Assembly: GCA_964016885.1 (NCBI GenBank) | Contig: OZ024747.1 | Coordinates: 19,778,001 to 19,842,000, forward strand | DNA length: 64,000 nt | Reading direction: 5' to 3' | From: Eledone cirrhosa | Taxonomy: Eukaryota | Shown: positions 48,592 to 63,985 of the stretch, piece by piece | How the letters are laid out: each line of letters starts with the position of its first letter | Numbering within the stretch: the first letter of the stretch is position 1 | Notes under the pieces: model-generated | What the model saw: only the letters and a program-made list of their open reading frames with translations | What the model was told of the DNA's origin: nothing | Databases searched by the model: none | Program-made: the position numbers and the translations under genes

Positions 48592-48635
48592 ACATATATA
48601 CATATTAATATATATACATATATACATAATATAAA

Positions 48636-48824
48636 TAATTGTTTCTACTTTAGGCACAAGGCCAGCAATTACCAGTGCATTACTGGTACTTTATTTTATC
48701 GACCCCGTAAGGATGAAAGGCAAAATCAACCTCGGCGGGATTTGAACTCAGATCGTAAACGGACGTAACTATGCTGGAAAGCATGGCGTCCGACCCTCTA
48801 CCGATACTGCCAATCCACCGCCCT
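48636..48824 (-). mobile_element. Meta-like SINE, copy 2; 19-bp TSD
   Basis: Reverse complement of the 25.2-kb SINE. TATACATAATATAAATAAT at 48621-48639 and 48826-48844. Confidence 0.9.
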
Positions 48825-48891
48825 TTATACATAATATAAATAATATAAATACAATATATATATAAATATGCGTATATATGTATATATATAT

Positions 48892-49014
<123 letters not shown>

Positions 49015-50475
49015 AATTTTAGTACAGCATTGACGAAGCTTTAGAATACGGCCAAGCTAGCGTATATGCATAATCGGTCTGTAGCTTGAGCACTCAGATG
49101 AGGAAAGACCCCTGAGTAATAACATTACGTTCAGACAGCTTAGCAAATCAGATATAACGGTCGGCAGTCCAGCCGCATCACTAGAGCAACGAAAATACAG
49201 GACCCAGGAAAAGATGTTATACTGACCCGGACATAGTGGTGAGGCTGAGTGCAAAATATATAACTTACATATATAGCATCCAACATCAGCGCTAAGCTTC
49301 TGCAAATCCAAGATCGACAAATTCCTATTTCAGGAATCTGCAATATAATGGTTTTTGACGACAGAACATAGGGTTTACTTCTTCAGCAATGTTGTAGGTT
49401 TAAATGTCGCCACAGACACGTGGTTTACTCCAAGGGAGGTAACCCCCGCTTAGGCGGTGAATTCTAATTTGAGATAAAGGAATGAATCCCTTTAGACAAA
49501 CCGAATAAAGCACTCAACCAGAAGTTATCAAACAAACTTAAACAATTAATCAATCAATGGAATCATCTAATTAAATTATACAGTTAATCATTAATTCTAG
49601 GAGTATGGTAGTTTATTAGGTTCGCGCTTTTGAGAGTGGGGTTGGATGGGGGTTTATATATATGCACGTGTATGTGAGTGTGTGTGTATTAGTGTGCGCT
49701 TGTGCTTTGACGTGTATATGGAAACGTATACAATATATATATATATACACGCGCATATATATATATATATATGTGTGTACGTATGTAAAAGGTAAACAGA
49801 AATAATAACACCATCAGTATATGGAAAGAATATATGTGAGTGTGTGTGTATTAGTGTGCGCTTATGTTTTGACGTGTATAAGGAAACGTATACATTAAGT
49901 TTATGTATAATAAATACGCATTATTTTGACTGTGCGTATTTTCCGATGTGATCACATCACAGATAGTTTCGAATCGATTTTAGAGATGTCTACATTACTA
50001 ATCGCTTGGTCTCGCTTACCTATGATGTGTTACCGTAGTATTAATGTAGATTTTGTATGCATATCTTTTACTTTTGCAATCGTTTTACGCATATGTAATG
50101 TATAGTAGTTAGTATTTACTAGTGATAGCTCAAAATGTTTCAAAATCTGTGCTACTGCTGGGAATAATAGGTCAATATTAGGGACTCGATGGCATTGGAG
50201 CTCAAGAAATGAAGAGTCGGCACGTCATACGTCTCACATATTGCTTCGTCTTTAGAGACTCTGCCAATATGACTTAATATATAATTACATTTTTGTTTCT
50301 GTTTATAAAATAGTACAAATAATATAATTATGTAATGCGGTGTTTAATGTACATCTAGATGTATGGTCAACATATGAAATTCTCCCTATATATCTCTAAA
50401 ATCCCCGACATGAGAATATATATACATACATATATACATACATACACACGCACACACACACACACACACATACAA

Positions 50476-50543
<68 letters not shown>

Positions 50544-50690
50544 AATGGAACATAACTTTAAAAACCATATTTATTTTATTATACATATTTCAAGGGTACT
50601 ACAATTTTAGTACGCTTTCGTCAGATAAAATATAATATTTGTGTTAAGATAGTGATATACCTTCGTGTGATCTTAATGGTATAAGCCCAC

Positions 50691-50748
<58 letters not shown>

Positions 50749-50761
50749 AATATAAATATAT

Positions 50762-50820
<59 letters not shown>

Positions 50821-50823
50821 AAT

Positions 50824-50868
<45 letters not shown>

Positions 50869-51219
50869 GTTGGCACCCTTAACTCACGGTTGGGTGCGGA
50901 TGCATTCATGTATATGTGTGTGTCCGCATGTATCTGTGTGTTTCTAAATATATTGTTAATAACTCCCTCTGGTCGAGCAACCTTTGAAGTGTGGGGACTG
51001 CTGAAAAGCTTCCATTAGTCATACTTCTCGTCTCCTTCACCACCTCTTCTACGGCTTCGATATAAATACCCCCTCCGCCTCCGTGGTATTTTCTTCGGGG
51101 TTATAAGAGGCTTAGCTCTGTTTCTCGACCGTTATATCGCGTGACTATCTCCCCCTCCGCCTTTTGGGATTCTTTCTCACGTCGTGTAGACGCGTTCTTG
51201 AGACTAGTAAAATGAGGTA

Positions 51220-51309
51220 TCCTCTTGATAAGTCGGCAGACCTCGCAGGGACTCTATATCTTTATGATGTATTGTTTTTGTTTATGCCACGAAACTACGT
51301 AGTCGAGGA
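51220..51309 (+). ncRNA. Type I hammerhead ribozyme with U3-A8 core variant, inside a TA-flanked pLTR/retrozyme-like insert (~50865-51380)
   Basis: Stem I TCCTC/GAGGA; core TTGATAA; stem II GT(C)GGCA..TGCCAC; GAA plus palindrome ACTACGTAGT; GUC triplet, predicted cleavage after 51304. Confidence 0.65.
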
Positions 51310-51404
51310 ATCTAGGAGCAGTTTAGGTATGATACATTTTATTACTAATTATATCTAAATGTTTCTTCTCTCTTCATAATGTATATTTATATATATATAT
51401 ATAT

Positions 51405-51596
51405 GAAAATGTTCAAGATCCCTGCGGCACAGCTCAAGCCGTTTCGACGGCTATTTCTGGTATAGACATAGCCGTCGAAACGGCTTGAGCTCTGCCGTCG
51501 GGGTCTTGAACATTTTCCTATTACCCACTCTACTATTCTAAGTATGGAGTACTCTGGTGCGTTATGGTCCACCTGGTTCCTTACCACACTTCGTTC

Positions 51597-51600
<4 letters not shown>
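51405..51600 (+). mobile_element. Fold-back mini-element with intact 3' half-hammerhead
   Basis: Arms ~51405-51454 / 51468-51517; GAA-ACGGC-ttgagctct-GCCGT-C-GGGGTC; family tail; (TA)n on both sides. Confidence 0.88.
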
Positions 51601-51634
<34 letters not shown>

Positions 51635-52523
51635 GTAAATATATATATATATCTGTGTGTGTGTGTGTGAAAGTATTCCATTCCCGTTGTGCACACGGTA
51701 ATGGTGTTTGCCTCGTTTGTGTATATACATATCGTTAACTGAGTGCAATTAACCTGCCTTTAATCTAACACAATAGACTAATCGGTATGCATCTTAATAA
51801 ACTCCTGACTTGCAGATTAATTCTAACTTGTTGAAAAGAAATAAGGTGCTACTTGATGGAAATATGGAAATGTTCAACGGAAACTGGGCATGTAAGGCCT
51901 TGGACTGTTTGTGCTGTCAATCAATGCCAAAATGCACGAATGTTATGTAAGCACCTCTTAAAGGAAACTGAAAAGTAGAAAATCAAACTTTCAATGCGTG
52001 TATTAAAAGCGGGTGCATGACACTTATAATCATGCAAATAGACATCTAATTCTACTGTCATCTTCATTGTATCCTATTAAATGAAGCGTGCAAGTATATT
52101 CCCCATGAGATGCAAAATTATCTGAATCTCTTTAGGTTTACACGCACTCACACCTTATATCTGTTTTCATAGATCTAACAGAACAAGTCAAAATATATTA
52201 GTATACCTAGACTATAACGTATGTAACCTTCATTGACAACCTGAAAATCTGATTCCATAACGAACATATGGGAATATATAGAGTGAGAAATTGCGTGAAT
52301 GACGACCAAATGAAGAAAACATGAAAAAACAGCTTATATATTATCTACGTCATATTAAAGAAAATAAGTTCCTAGATATTATAGTGTATGTATAAGTTAC
52401 GAGATACAGACCTTGGTGAAAACTATATATCAATAAATGTATGTAAATATATCCTCCAATATATGAAGAACTATATTCAAATAATTTTTTATTAAGTTGT
52501 TTCAGAATATATTTCTAGAAGAA

Positions 52524-53900
52524 CTACAATGATAGCATGTTGTTCCAGACAATGAGACATCTTTGACGAAAACCGCTTAGAGAAGAGTCAATGCGGGCTC
52601 CCAAGAATTTGAAGTCTGTAAAGATTTCTATGTTTGCCAGACCAGATCGTTTGGGTTCGGCACGGGTGTAGTTTATATGCATGGTTTTTGTATTCTCTGG
52701 GTTAAATCTAAGGCCAACCTGGGTGGCAGTATGTTGCTGCAAGAGCTTGGGACGTGTCTGAAAAGTCTAAATCATATAGAACAACTTCAGATTTTTCTGG
52801 ATGCATTTTTAATCCATGTTTGAAGATTGTCTGTTTATTAATATAGTCAGGTACAACCATAAAAAGGAAGGGGTTACGTGTGTCCCCTTGTAAAACACTA
52901 ATGACAAGTTGAATCATGTAATTGCCAAGAGGGATACGGTTTGTGCTGTTGGAGTAGATTGAAGCAATAACATCAACAATTTTGGAAGCGATTAACTTGT
53001 GTCGTAGTTTTTCCCACATGTTATTCCAGCTGATAGAGCCGGATGCCTTGTTGATATCTACAGAGGTGGCAATAAGTGGTAGCTAGCGTTGGTGGTAAGC
53101 CTCTATTATCATTCTCAGTACATCTATTTGTACGAGACAGTTTCACCTCCTGCTAAATAATTGTTTCTACTTTTGGCACAAGGCCAGCAATTACCCAGTT
53201 GCATTACTGGTACTTTATTTTGTCGACCCTGTAAGGGTGAAAGGCAAAGTTAACCTCGGCGGGATTTGAACTCGGAATGACAAGGGCCGTAACTCTATGC
53301 GTCAAAGCTTGGTGTCCGACCCTCTACCGATACTGCCAATCCACCGCCCATTGCTAAATAATACTGGTTGGTATGTTCGAAGGATTGTATTTACTCGTTT
53401 TAAATGCGAATCGGGAGCTTTGTCTTACCTTTACAGAAGCTGACATTAGTGATATTCTTCAGAAGTTTTCCATGTCCAATTGAATAGGTATGATAACATT
53501 TTCTCTCAATTGCTTTGTTGCTTCTTTTTGATTGAGAACAAAGTTTGTAATCTCAATGAGTGTTGAATTTTGTTTTGTACCACCACATTGGAAAGTTTCT
53601 GCAGTTACAAATGTGTTGATTTCTGGAGTTTTGTTGGATTTTATAGATGTGTTAATATCTAAGTCCAATAATGCTTCCAGAATGTTAACTATAGCAGTAG
53701 AGGTGACTTCAATTGTCAAGGGTTCTTCGAAATATTTCCACAATCTTTAAATAGCTCAGTTACATCTGAAAAGGGTTCTCCATTTCTTTTATTCACGATT
53801 GATGCATTATTTGTTGAAGATTTTCTGCAGTTGTTACGTATAATTGAGAAGACTGTGCATGGCTGATTTAGTATTGCGGCTTATTCTGCTTCATTGCATA
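52524..53900 (-). mobile_element. Decayed LINE RT fragment (RTE/RTEX-like), interrupted by a SINE
   Basis: VLQGDTRNPFLFMVVPDY, DLDFSD, VGLRFNPENTKTM and FKFLGA remnants; right boundary approximate. Confidence 0.7.
53158..53349 (-). mobile_element. Meta-like SINE, copy 3; 11-bp TSD
   Basis: Reverse complement of the 25.2-kb SINE. TGCTAAATAAT at 53151-53161 and 53352-53362. Confidence 0.9.
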
Positions 53901-54654
53901 CTTGTTAAAGATATGCCGAATTCCCGGTAGCTTCCACCATCTGTCAACAGAGTTAGTAATATTCAGTTATATACAAGATAAAAATTATGAAACAAATACA
54001 GTCCTATATAACTTGAGGACAGAAATGAATAATTAACTGCAAGTTTGGTTATGAGGTTCAGCAGTTTCCTGTTGCAGATAATGTGGTATGATGATGCATT
54101 CAAATGCAACAAATGGCAATCACAATATACCCTCTACACTTTTTTATATTATCTTCAGGATCAGGCTCCTGTGCTAACGTAATTTGATTGTATTGCCTTT
54201 TATTGCTTGTTTTGTTGCAATCAGTAGAGTTAACATCATCATAATGCTATTGCTATAACAGCATTAGAAATTTTAGTAATAATATTTTCATCATCTTAAT
54301 CATCAATAACATGTCCAATATCTGCTGCAGTTGATGTTTGTTACTGTTGTTGCTCCAATGTATGTTTATGCGACTGTTCTAGCTACTACTGTTTTAACCG
54401 GACCAAGCTTGTTTTAAGAGATGCCTAAAATTGACGGTAAATCTCTACGTGTTTATGTTGATTTATAATCTCGGAATGCATGTATAGATATAAGATATAA
54501 AATAAGCATATATATACATATCTATACACACACAAGTATGTATGTGTGTCTCACTATATCTCTCTATATATATATACACACACATATATATAAATATATA
54601 TGTGTGTATACATATTAAATATATATGTGTGTGTACATACCCCCACACACACAT

Positions 54655-54687
<33 letters not shown>

Positions 54688-54726
54688 CACACAGAGGGAG
54701 AGAGAAAAACAGGGTTAGATTCAATC

Positions 54727-54775
<49 letters not shown>

Positions 54776-54776
54776 C

Positions 54777-54888
<112 letters not shown>

Positions 54889-56491
54889 TATATATATACT
54901 TATATATATATATATATATAATGCTCTTATCTGTTGTCATATTTCAAGAAAACAGCACAAAACTAAAATAATATACTGCAAATTTGTTCTGGCTGTCAAG
55001 ATAATGGTGAATCTTTGCGATGAGCAACATGCAAGGAATACAAACTACTGTAAGCCAGGAAAAAGAGAATAATGCCTCTACATTATATATTTTTTTTTTT
55101 CAGGTGTTCTTGCTTCTTACGATGTTTCTTATATTTCTTTCTTTCATGTTTATACAGGATATATTTATTGGGTATGAGATATTTTGTTTTTTGGGGTCAT
55201 CATTGTTTTAATTTTTTTGTTCTGTTGCCAGGTAATGTTTCAAATTTCGCTGGTGTATTCTATACCAAGCTAAAACGCAGATGGGGTTTTTGCCTATCAG
55301 TACACTGTCTTGCTTTATGTCCTAGGCTACAACTGTTTCAATTTACATGTATACACTTCGCCTATGAAAATGCCCTCTCGGTCCCCTATTCTATGTTTTC
55401 ATTTCCAGCTCTCGAGAAACAAAACGCCTATATACTTAAACCAAATAAAACTTGTTATACTTTCTCTCATTTTAAAGTATCATGCCCCGATTTAATAATG
55501 TAGTTTAAATGGTACTTCCCATAGTTTAAGCTGATTATTTCACCAACAATCTGCTCCAACAAAACTGTTCCTTTACATAGAGCTTTACAATATAGAGCTT
55601 GTCTATTAGGTCAAAGATAATACATATATTTCAATAATTTGTCCCAGAACGTAAGAAGTAAATACTATATTATAATTTGTGGATCAAATATTATTCGTGG
55701 TTGCATCTATTTCATTTCACAAATGGTTCTACATCCTTGAAGAAAACCAAAACACAATATTATTTTAATCATCGTACGTTATATAATATAATAAATTATT
55801 CTCTAGCAATATGCACCGGCAACATTGGTAATGTATCTATATACTATGTTTGTACAAATAGTTGTAGCTCTTGATGTCTTTGTTTAATTCTGAATCAAGC
55901 GTATATGAAGAAAATTTAACAATCCACTATCTTACTCAAAAACGTTAGGTAACCTATTCCACGATGTAACTAATTCAGTGGCAATTAACTGTTAATTCTG
56001 ACATTTTGAGTAAACAAGTTATTGTATGATTAATGCAATGTTTCTTTATACGTTGATGAATTTCCAAACCAATTTTCAAAATAAGTTTCAGCATACAGAG
56101 TTCAAACATCAAAACTTCTCAATTCTTCGATGTATATTTTCAGCTTTATTTTATATGATTTCAGTGACATTTGAATATAAATCTAAAGAATGTTTATTTA
56201 CGTTTACATGACTCTTTATCTTGTAAAATCACAAACACGATGGAGTTATTTTAAATCCTTACTACAACTATAAATATCATGGTTAACAATTGATTATCCC
56301 GCTAAAATTGTACACTATGTTTATTTACCAGAAAAAGAAACTACATAAAATATAGATTTTCCCTAACATTATATTTTATTGGGAGGATAATCAAACACAT
56401 TATTGATTGTTTGTTTGAATATCTCAGTCCGGCACACACACACACACACTTTATATATATATATATATATATACATTATAGATACACACAT

Positions 56492-56693
<202 letters not shown>

Positions 56694-57547
56694 TTGTATA
56701 TATATATATATTTATATATGTATTTGTGTGCGTGTGTAATAGTCTAAACATAAGGTTTATAGATCGCCTTCTTCTGAATTAAATGCCATTAATAAATCAC
56801 GTTTATTTTGTATATTAACTTATTCTATATCTTTAATGGTACGCATGTTTCCTGATATACTATTATATTTGTCAGATATGCGTTTAGAATTGGTATAAGT
56901 GCTACAAACATACGTTAGCATTCTTAAATTAGATATAAACATGCGTATATAGTTGTCAATTTAATATATACATGTGTTTATATTTAACAAACCTGATACA
57001 AAAGTATGTATATTTATTTGAAAATTTGGGTTGAGGACTTTATATATTTCTCTCCTGTTTATTGTTTATTTCACTTATTTTGAAAGGGAGATATATTTTC
57101 TCATTTATAAAAAAATAACTTAAAGTTATTCAAACTATTTAACGTTTCAGCTGTAGTAATTATTATTCTAATACTGTGATACGAATATTATTTCCGCCTT
57201 GTTGTACTTCATCATTACGAACTAATTAAGATCGATTAAATTCTCATTTGAAATAGTAGACAAGAGGAAGAAGGAAATCGAAGATTATGGAAATTATCTA
57301 AACATTCGATACACGTATTTCACAATGAAGCTAAATATTTGATATATGTATTTCATTTAAGAAGTCTATCGAAAGAAATGTTCGATAGAGAGGTGTATTA
57401 GTAGTTATTGTCTCCCCCCTCTCTCTATAAATATGCATATATATATTTATTCATATATATATATTTATATATATATATGAATAAATATATATATATGTAG
57501 ATATATATATAGAGAGAGATAAATATATATAATTAAATAAATAAATA

Positions 57548-57626
<79 letters not shown>

Positions 57627-58109
57627 AAAAATATATATACATATATATAGTGTAAAATAGTGTGTATATGTGTGTCTGTTTCTGTGTATGTGTGTTTCAG
57701 TTCAAACATGCGTGAGATTAAGTTTTTATGCTTCTGTGCATTTTGATGTTAAACTTCACATGTGTGTTTATTGCCATTCGATTATAATTGATAAAAAAGG
57801 CCTTAAAAATCAATAATAAATCATATATTACACTGATTCGAATGAACGTAATATACCAATATATATATATATATATATCTTTTAATTTCTATTTCTATAC
57901 AGAATGTATTTTATTTCTTCTCTTTCCATTCCTGGCATATATATTTTTGCCATGATTATACAATATATTGCGAAGTAGAATTACTAAACCTGAAATACAC
58001 ATTTTAAGAATATAAACCTTCATATACTGTCTTTTAAAGGAAAGAAGAAATGTTGGCTGCTAGATTTAATATAATCATAAATTGGCAGGATAGGTTTGTC
58101 AGTTTAAAC

Positions 58110-58800
58110 AAGGTGTCTTAGATATACTCAGCATTCTGTCAATCGTAATCATGAATATAATGAACAAAAGAAGTGACTACGTACGCTTGACAGAATCCAA
58201 CTCCCACATTGAATGGTTTCGGAACACAAATACTTGGGTATTCGTCTAGTGATATCAGGGAGACAAGAAGCTGACAAATGATCCCATACTCCTGCAGAAC
58301 CTTCCACAGCATGTCCCGTATAACGCGGTTATATGCCTTTTCGAGGTCTCCAAAGCAAGTATACATCTCTTCGCAGTCCTCTCGCGATTCCTCAATGACC
58401 TACTACAGTGTAAATATTTGGTTGTCGTTGCTGCTTCCTCGTTGAAAATCAAAATGTTCATCAGCTAATTTGGACTTGACAATCTCCCAACATCGCTTTG
58501 CCATATACTTATCATACACTTTAGAAGGGAGGTTTAACAAGGAGATCTAACTATAATTGGAGCAATCTCTCTTGTCCCCCGTTTTGAAAATTGGTACCCT
58601 ATTGCCATTGCTCAGTTGCCTTTCCAGACATCCTGGCCACTTGGCACACACGAGTCAACCAGAGAATATTTTCTCTATTTAAGTCTGAACTTCTCTGACT
58701 GAATTTCATCATCCTCAGCCGCCTTGCTACATTTGAACTCTTTACTTGCTCATGTAACCTCGGTCTCCGAAAGATTAGTCATCACTCCTAGATGCATCTC
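58110..58800 (-). mobile_element. Decayed RTE-clade (Rex3/Expander-like) LINE RT fragment
   Basis: CFGDLEKAYNRV..LWKVLQEYG..FNVGVG; upstream KAAEDDEI and PIFKTGD remnants. Confidence 0.75.
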
Positions 58801-58953
58801 GTGACCAACAGAATATGCTATTGCGATCGGGTTTAGGAGATCAGCAAAGTATTCTCTCCACCTCGTGAGAATGTACTTCTCTGATGAGAGGAGAACCCCC
58901 GACGCTTTCCTGAAAGCTGACGTGCAGAAATAATTCTTGTGTGTGTGTGTGTG

Positions 58954-58984
<31 letters not shown>

Positions 58985-59618
58985 GTGCGCGCGTGTGTGT
59001 GTAGGGGGATGTGTGAATGTGTGTGTGTGTAATTAAGACCACAAATTGTTCAAACGTAACAAAAATACATAGCTATCCACAGTAACAATTAAATACAATG
59101 ACAGTCGACACCACAATGGACCCATACACATTTATATATAAGAGTCACAATACCTGTCTCTTGTCGTCACGTGAAGTTCTATGTGTACTTGTCATAGCTT
59201 AACTGCTATATATTGTTATTTTGTCTCGTCTCTTGCTTCATAGGAGAGTGCTTTGACTTGTCAGAGGCTATGACCCCTGGTCGACTAACAGTACCCTTAG
59301 TAGGGATCGAAACTACTAAAGTTCATCTTAACTGCCGATGACCCTGGAGTTCTTTGACTTTCTTTTATTTTTATATTTTCAAAAATAGCTTTTTAAGGTT
59401 TAAAAAAATGCTTTTCGTTTAGGCTTATCATTCCTTTTCTTGTCCCCTCTTTGTTGATTTTCCTAAGTATATAACTATATATATACATCGACAGTCGATC
59501 GACTTTCGTCAAATCGGACTGAAGGAACAATGTTTCCATTGGTCTTTCCAATTGCTAATAACCTCATGACTGGGAATCCAACCACTCAGCCACGCGCCTT
59601 CATATATATATATATATC

Positions 59619-59778
<160 letters not shown>

Positions 59779-60731
59779 TGTACGTATGTGCGAGTTTGTA
59801 CATGTCTTCTTTAATATGAAACTAGTGTATACAAAGTAGTACAAAAATCCTCGAACATATTTCTGAGTTACACTGTATTAGATGTGCAGACGACCATTGA
59901 GATTCGAAATGCCAATAAATAAATAAATAGACAAAAACATAATTAAAATAAAATTGCTGAAGTGAATTTCAAGAAAAAAGTCAACGTAGCGTTTCTTCAA
60001 TAATCTAGTTGTATTTCCTCTGCTCTAACTATTGCAGAATTTAGTGTATGAAGATTATAAGCAGAGATAGGACATCCTTTTATTATACCCACTAGTATAT
60101 CAGATTATACTTCCTATTGATATTTGGCTATTTATCTTTAATATTGATATTCAAACATCATACGAAAGGATTCTTAATCGGTGTCCTCTGTTCATGACCT
60201 TCAAAATCAATCATGTTATTGAACAGTATTTGATATGTGTTGAACTATAACCTGCTCTTTGCCTATATCATCGTTATCTAAAGTGTAAATACTTGTAGCC
60301 CTCATTCTCTTTCTTTATCTCTTTGAACCTCTTTTATTCATCTTTCTTAACCTCCATCACTCTCCCTATCTATATTTGTTACATACGCTCTCACGCTACA
60401 GGATTAGTCTACATTAACCGTCAATCAATCACATAATAATTAGTGTATTTAATACAAAGTAGATAAATGGATACAATTACCATCCTTTCTGGTTGAAAAT
60501 AGTCATTTATTGATGAATTTGTTAGTCATCGTGAGAATTGAAATATGCATTATATCCAGTGAGGCTTATGAACCTGAACCGTTCTGAAAATACTCAACTA
60601 ATTATAATTGGTGCATGCTTTAATCACAGGTTCCTTTTCATATTGCCTATGTTTTATTTTAAACATGAGAATGATAACATTATATTTCGATATCAATTGT
60701 AATCATATACGACGAAGATTGTAATTGTAAA

Positions 60732-60804
60732 GTCCCTGTAGCGCAGGGGATAGCGCGCTGGACTTCTAATCCAGAGGTCGTGGAGTCGAATCATACCAGC
60801 TATG
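60732..60804 (+). pseudogene. tRNA-Arg(UCU) pseudogene or tRNA-derived SINE head
   Basis: D stem GCGC/GCGC and anticodon arm CTGGA-CTTCTAA-TCCAG are intact. The T-loop reads GTCGAAT, and the T stem and acceptor stem are mispaired. Confidence 0.75.
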
Positions 60805-63631
60805 AGGAACACTACTGCTTTTCAGCAACCCGGCTAGCTCACTTAATATGCTTTTACGTCATGAGTACTGATAAATTAAAGTCAAACATCTGACACTGGT
60901 CTTTAGTGTCTATCAAGGGACGTGAGTTCGCAATATTTCGACTGTGTAGCTCCTCACTGTAATCAGACATATGTAGGCCGACACAATCACAAAGATTGCA
61001 TTGCATATTCACAACAAAAGGAAATGTATTCATGTGTTAAGCAATCTGCAGTGAATATACAGCGAATCTCCTGTTGTAATTTGTGACACTATGACACTTT
61101 GATTGCTTTTATGGAATGAGACTGAATCAATTGTAATTGCAAATCAGCTATTGTAAACATACACAGCGGTATATAATTCCTAAACATAACTGTATCATTG
61201 ATTTTTCTAGCAATGTGCTGTTTGATGGATATATATTGGTTAAACTAAACAATTAATTCACTATCTCTTGCCGTACATATTTTCAAACATGGAGCGTTAA
61301 ATCCCCCGCTGTGTGCATATGAAATTCTTGTCAATTTAAACATACTGGAATTGCTTACAACAGTGAATTATGCAACTATGGACGTTGAATCGTTTTTGAT
61401 TATAGATTATTGCGAGATAAATATATATTTCTATTTACCTTCTCTCCAATTGCTTATATTTCTCGATAATTACTTAATGTTCATTAATTGAGACAACTTT
61501 CCTAACGCGTTTCAGCTTAATAAAACACAATATGCATACATTTAGGTTCTTAATCTCGTGAATAAATCCAAACCATCAGCTATGTTTTTCTTTTCTTCAT
61601 TTTCATCTTTCCCATTTTCGGAGTGGAGTGGGGTGGATTGATATCCTTGTCAGTGTCAGCCTGGGAACATTATTAGCAAATACGTACATTGTTTTAACAA
61701 TTATTAATTAAAATGATGACAGCTCCATTCCTATTTCAAAATCGAATTCAAGATTAAATTGTTTTGTTCGTGAAGGAAAATCCTACTCGCAATTTGTTGG
61801 TGAGCGGCGAACGTAGCTGTTAAATGTTCTATGGAGCACAACCCAGCAGCTGTAGCCTATGAATTTGATTGAAATACTTTACTATAAGGCTCCAGTTCCC
61901 TGATAGATGTAAATTGATTTTGGAATGAGATAGTATGTAGCGGTATATCTATATTGTTATAGTCCAATAATTGTTTGTGATACAATTAGAGTGTAGTAAA
62001 GGTCTCTAATATAATATTTATATTGCCAATTTGTTTATATTTCTGTTCTTTTTTACTATTCGTTACTTTATAATGCAATTGGACGAAACTAGTCGTTGTC
62101 TATCGGTTTGCGATTGACTAAACACTCATTCCTGTATTTCTAGTGGAATCTTTTTAACTCGATGCAGAATGTATCAGACTGCCGATAACACTTACTCATT
62201 AACAGATCATGTATCCAACCTCTCCCTTCTACCCCTTTTCTCTCTCTTGCTCGCCCTCTCGCTCGCTCTATCTCTGTATATATGTATTGTAGTTATATAC
62301 ACATAAACACAGACAGTTGTATTTTGTTATATGTAAGCTTCGTATTTCATCACCGAGATTAAACGACGACTGACCAGATGACCTATTTACTAATACAAAT
62401 GTCATCATCATCCCAGAATATTCAGACAAAGAATCATGTTAGAGAAGAGCATCTTGAATGTCTCCATTCTTTAGACAGTCTAGTGTTTTCTGTATTATCT
62501 CTAGTAAACACACTTTGAAATAATTTCTTTTCCGCAACAGCAAACTCAAATATTCAATTGTTCTTTTGTCTTCTTATCAAAACTTGTAGCACTTATTTGG
62601 CATACAATTTTTACATGCCTAGATGAACATGTAAAATGGGATGTGTAATATTACGGCCCGCCGATGGACAATATTCAATGTGACAGAAATGTTTTGATCT
62701 TTGAGAATCAATTCTTCCGTTGATTGAATAGTTACATTATTCACGAATGTTGAAGGCCAACCTAAATGAAAATTCCCCAGCAAATTGTAGCTTTCCAATT
62801 CTATTTTACTTATATATATCTCGTGATTATGAATTATATAAACTACAGCATTTTTGAATAACATTTATATATACTTGAATATTGCTGCATAATTTATAAT
62901 GCATTTGTTTAGAAATATTACTATGTATATTACATGTGCATACATCGTCACTAATTCGAATAAACAATAGTAAATATTACAAAAATAAAAATAAAACGAT
63001 GAAGTATTGTTATAAATTCCAGAGGAAAAAAGGTGTTTGTATATGTACACATACATCAACTCACATATAATCTACATATCAGCTACAATTGTAGCAAAGA
63101 TCAAATAATGTCATATTCCTGCTATTGATAAGATTGGTATTTAAATATCAACTAGGTAATTGGCCTACTACTAAGCGCAAAAGAATAAATATTTTATCCC
63201 CGTTATTATCAAAAGTGTCCAGGCATGGGATTGATTGTATGTCTCGTATGGTCGTATAAAATGAAATTAATGAAGAATATCTGGTCCTGGAATCCTGTCG
63301 CAATTATACTTCAAGTATCATTAGCCCAAGCTAGCTTGTAGTGTGAAGACATCTCAGTTACAACAGATGAGATTTTACTTTCAGCCATTGCGGTGCCAGG
63401 CAAATCACCCTGTCCGGTTATAGTGACTTTGGGTAAGCAGATCCTAGTAATATGGCGTTGAAGTATTTTTAATTATATTTAGTCAGTTCCTGAAAATATG
63501 TTCGGGACAAAACACGCGATCCCACGCTTACATCTATTACGAGAACGTTTGACCGAGTGTCAGTATTTGGGAGGAAATGTGGCACTCAATAGAAATGCCA
63601 GTTATTGAATATATAAATACAATGTAATATA

Positions 63632-63702
<71 letters not shown>

Positions 63703-63873
63703 GTACACACACACACAAATACATATATATACACACACATATATGTATATATATATATATGTGTATATATATATATACATACACACACACACACAAATAC
63801 ATATATATACACACACACATATATGTATATATATAATATATAATATATATAGTATATATATATATATGTATAT

Positions 63874-63985
63874 GAAAAGCTTCAGGACCGTTTCGACAGG
63901 TAGATCGGTACTCATATTACCCACTCTACTATCCCAAGTATCGAGTACTCTGGTGGGTTAGGCCTAGCTGGTTTTTACCACACCC
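63874..63985 (+). mobile_element. Diverged fold-back family copy (tail plus arm remnant)
   Basis: TATTACCCACTCTACTATCCCAAGTATCGAGTACTCTGGTG..TTACCACAC; CCGTTTCGAC remnant; TA flanks. Confidence 0.75.

Noticed and set aside
49672-49894. ~60-bp direct repeat flanking TA-rich sequence
   Set aside because: Low-complexity local duplication; no element structure between the copies.
59262-59345. Possible hammerhead (..CGAAACTAC..)
   Set aside because: No intact CUGAnGA and no convincing stem I.
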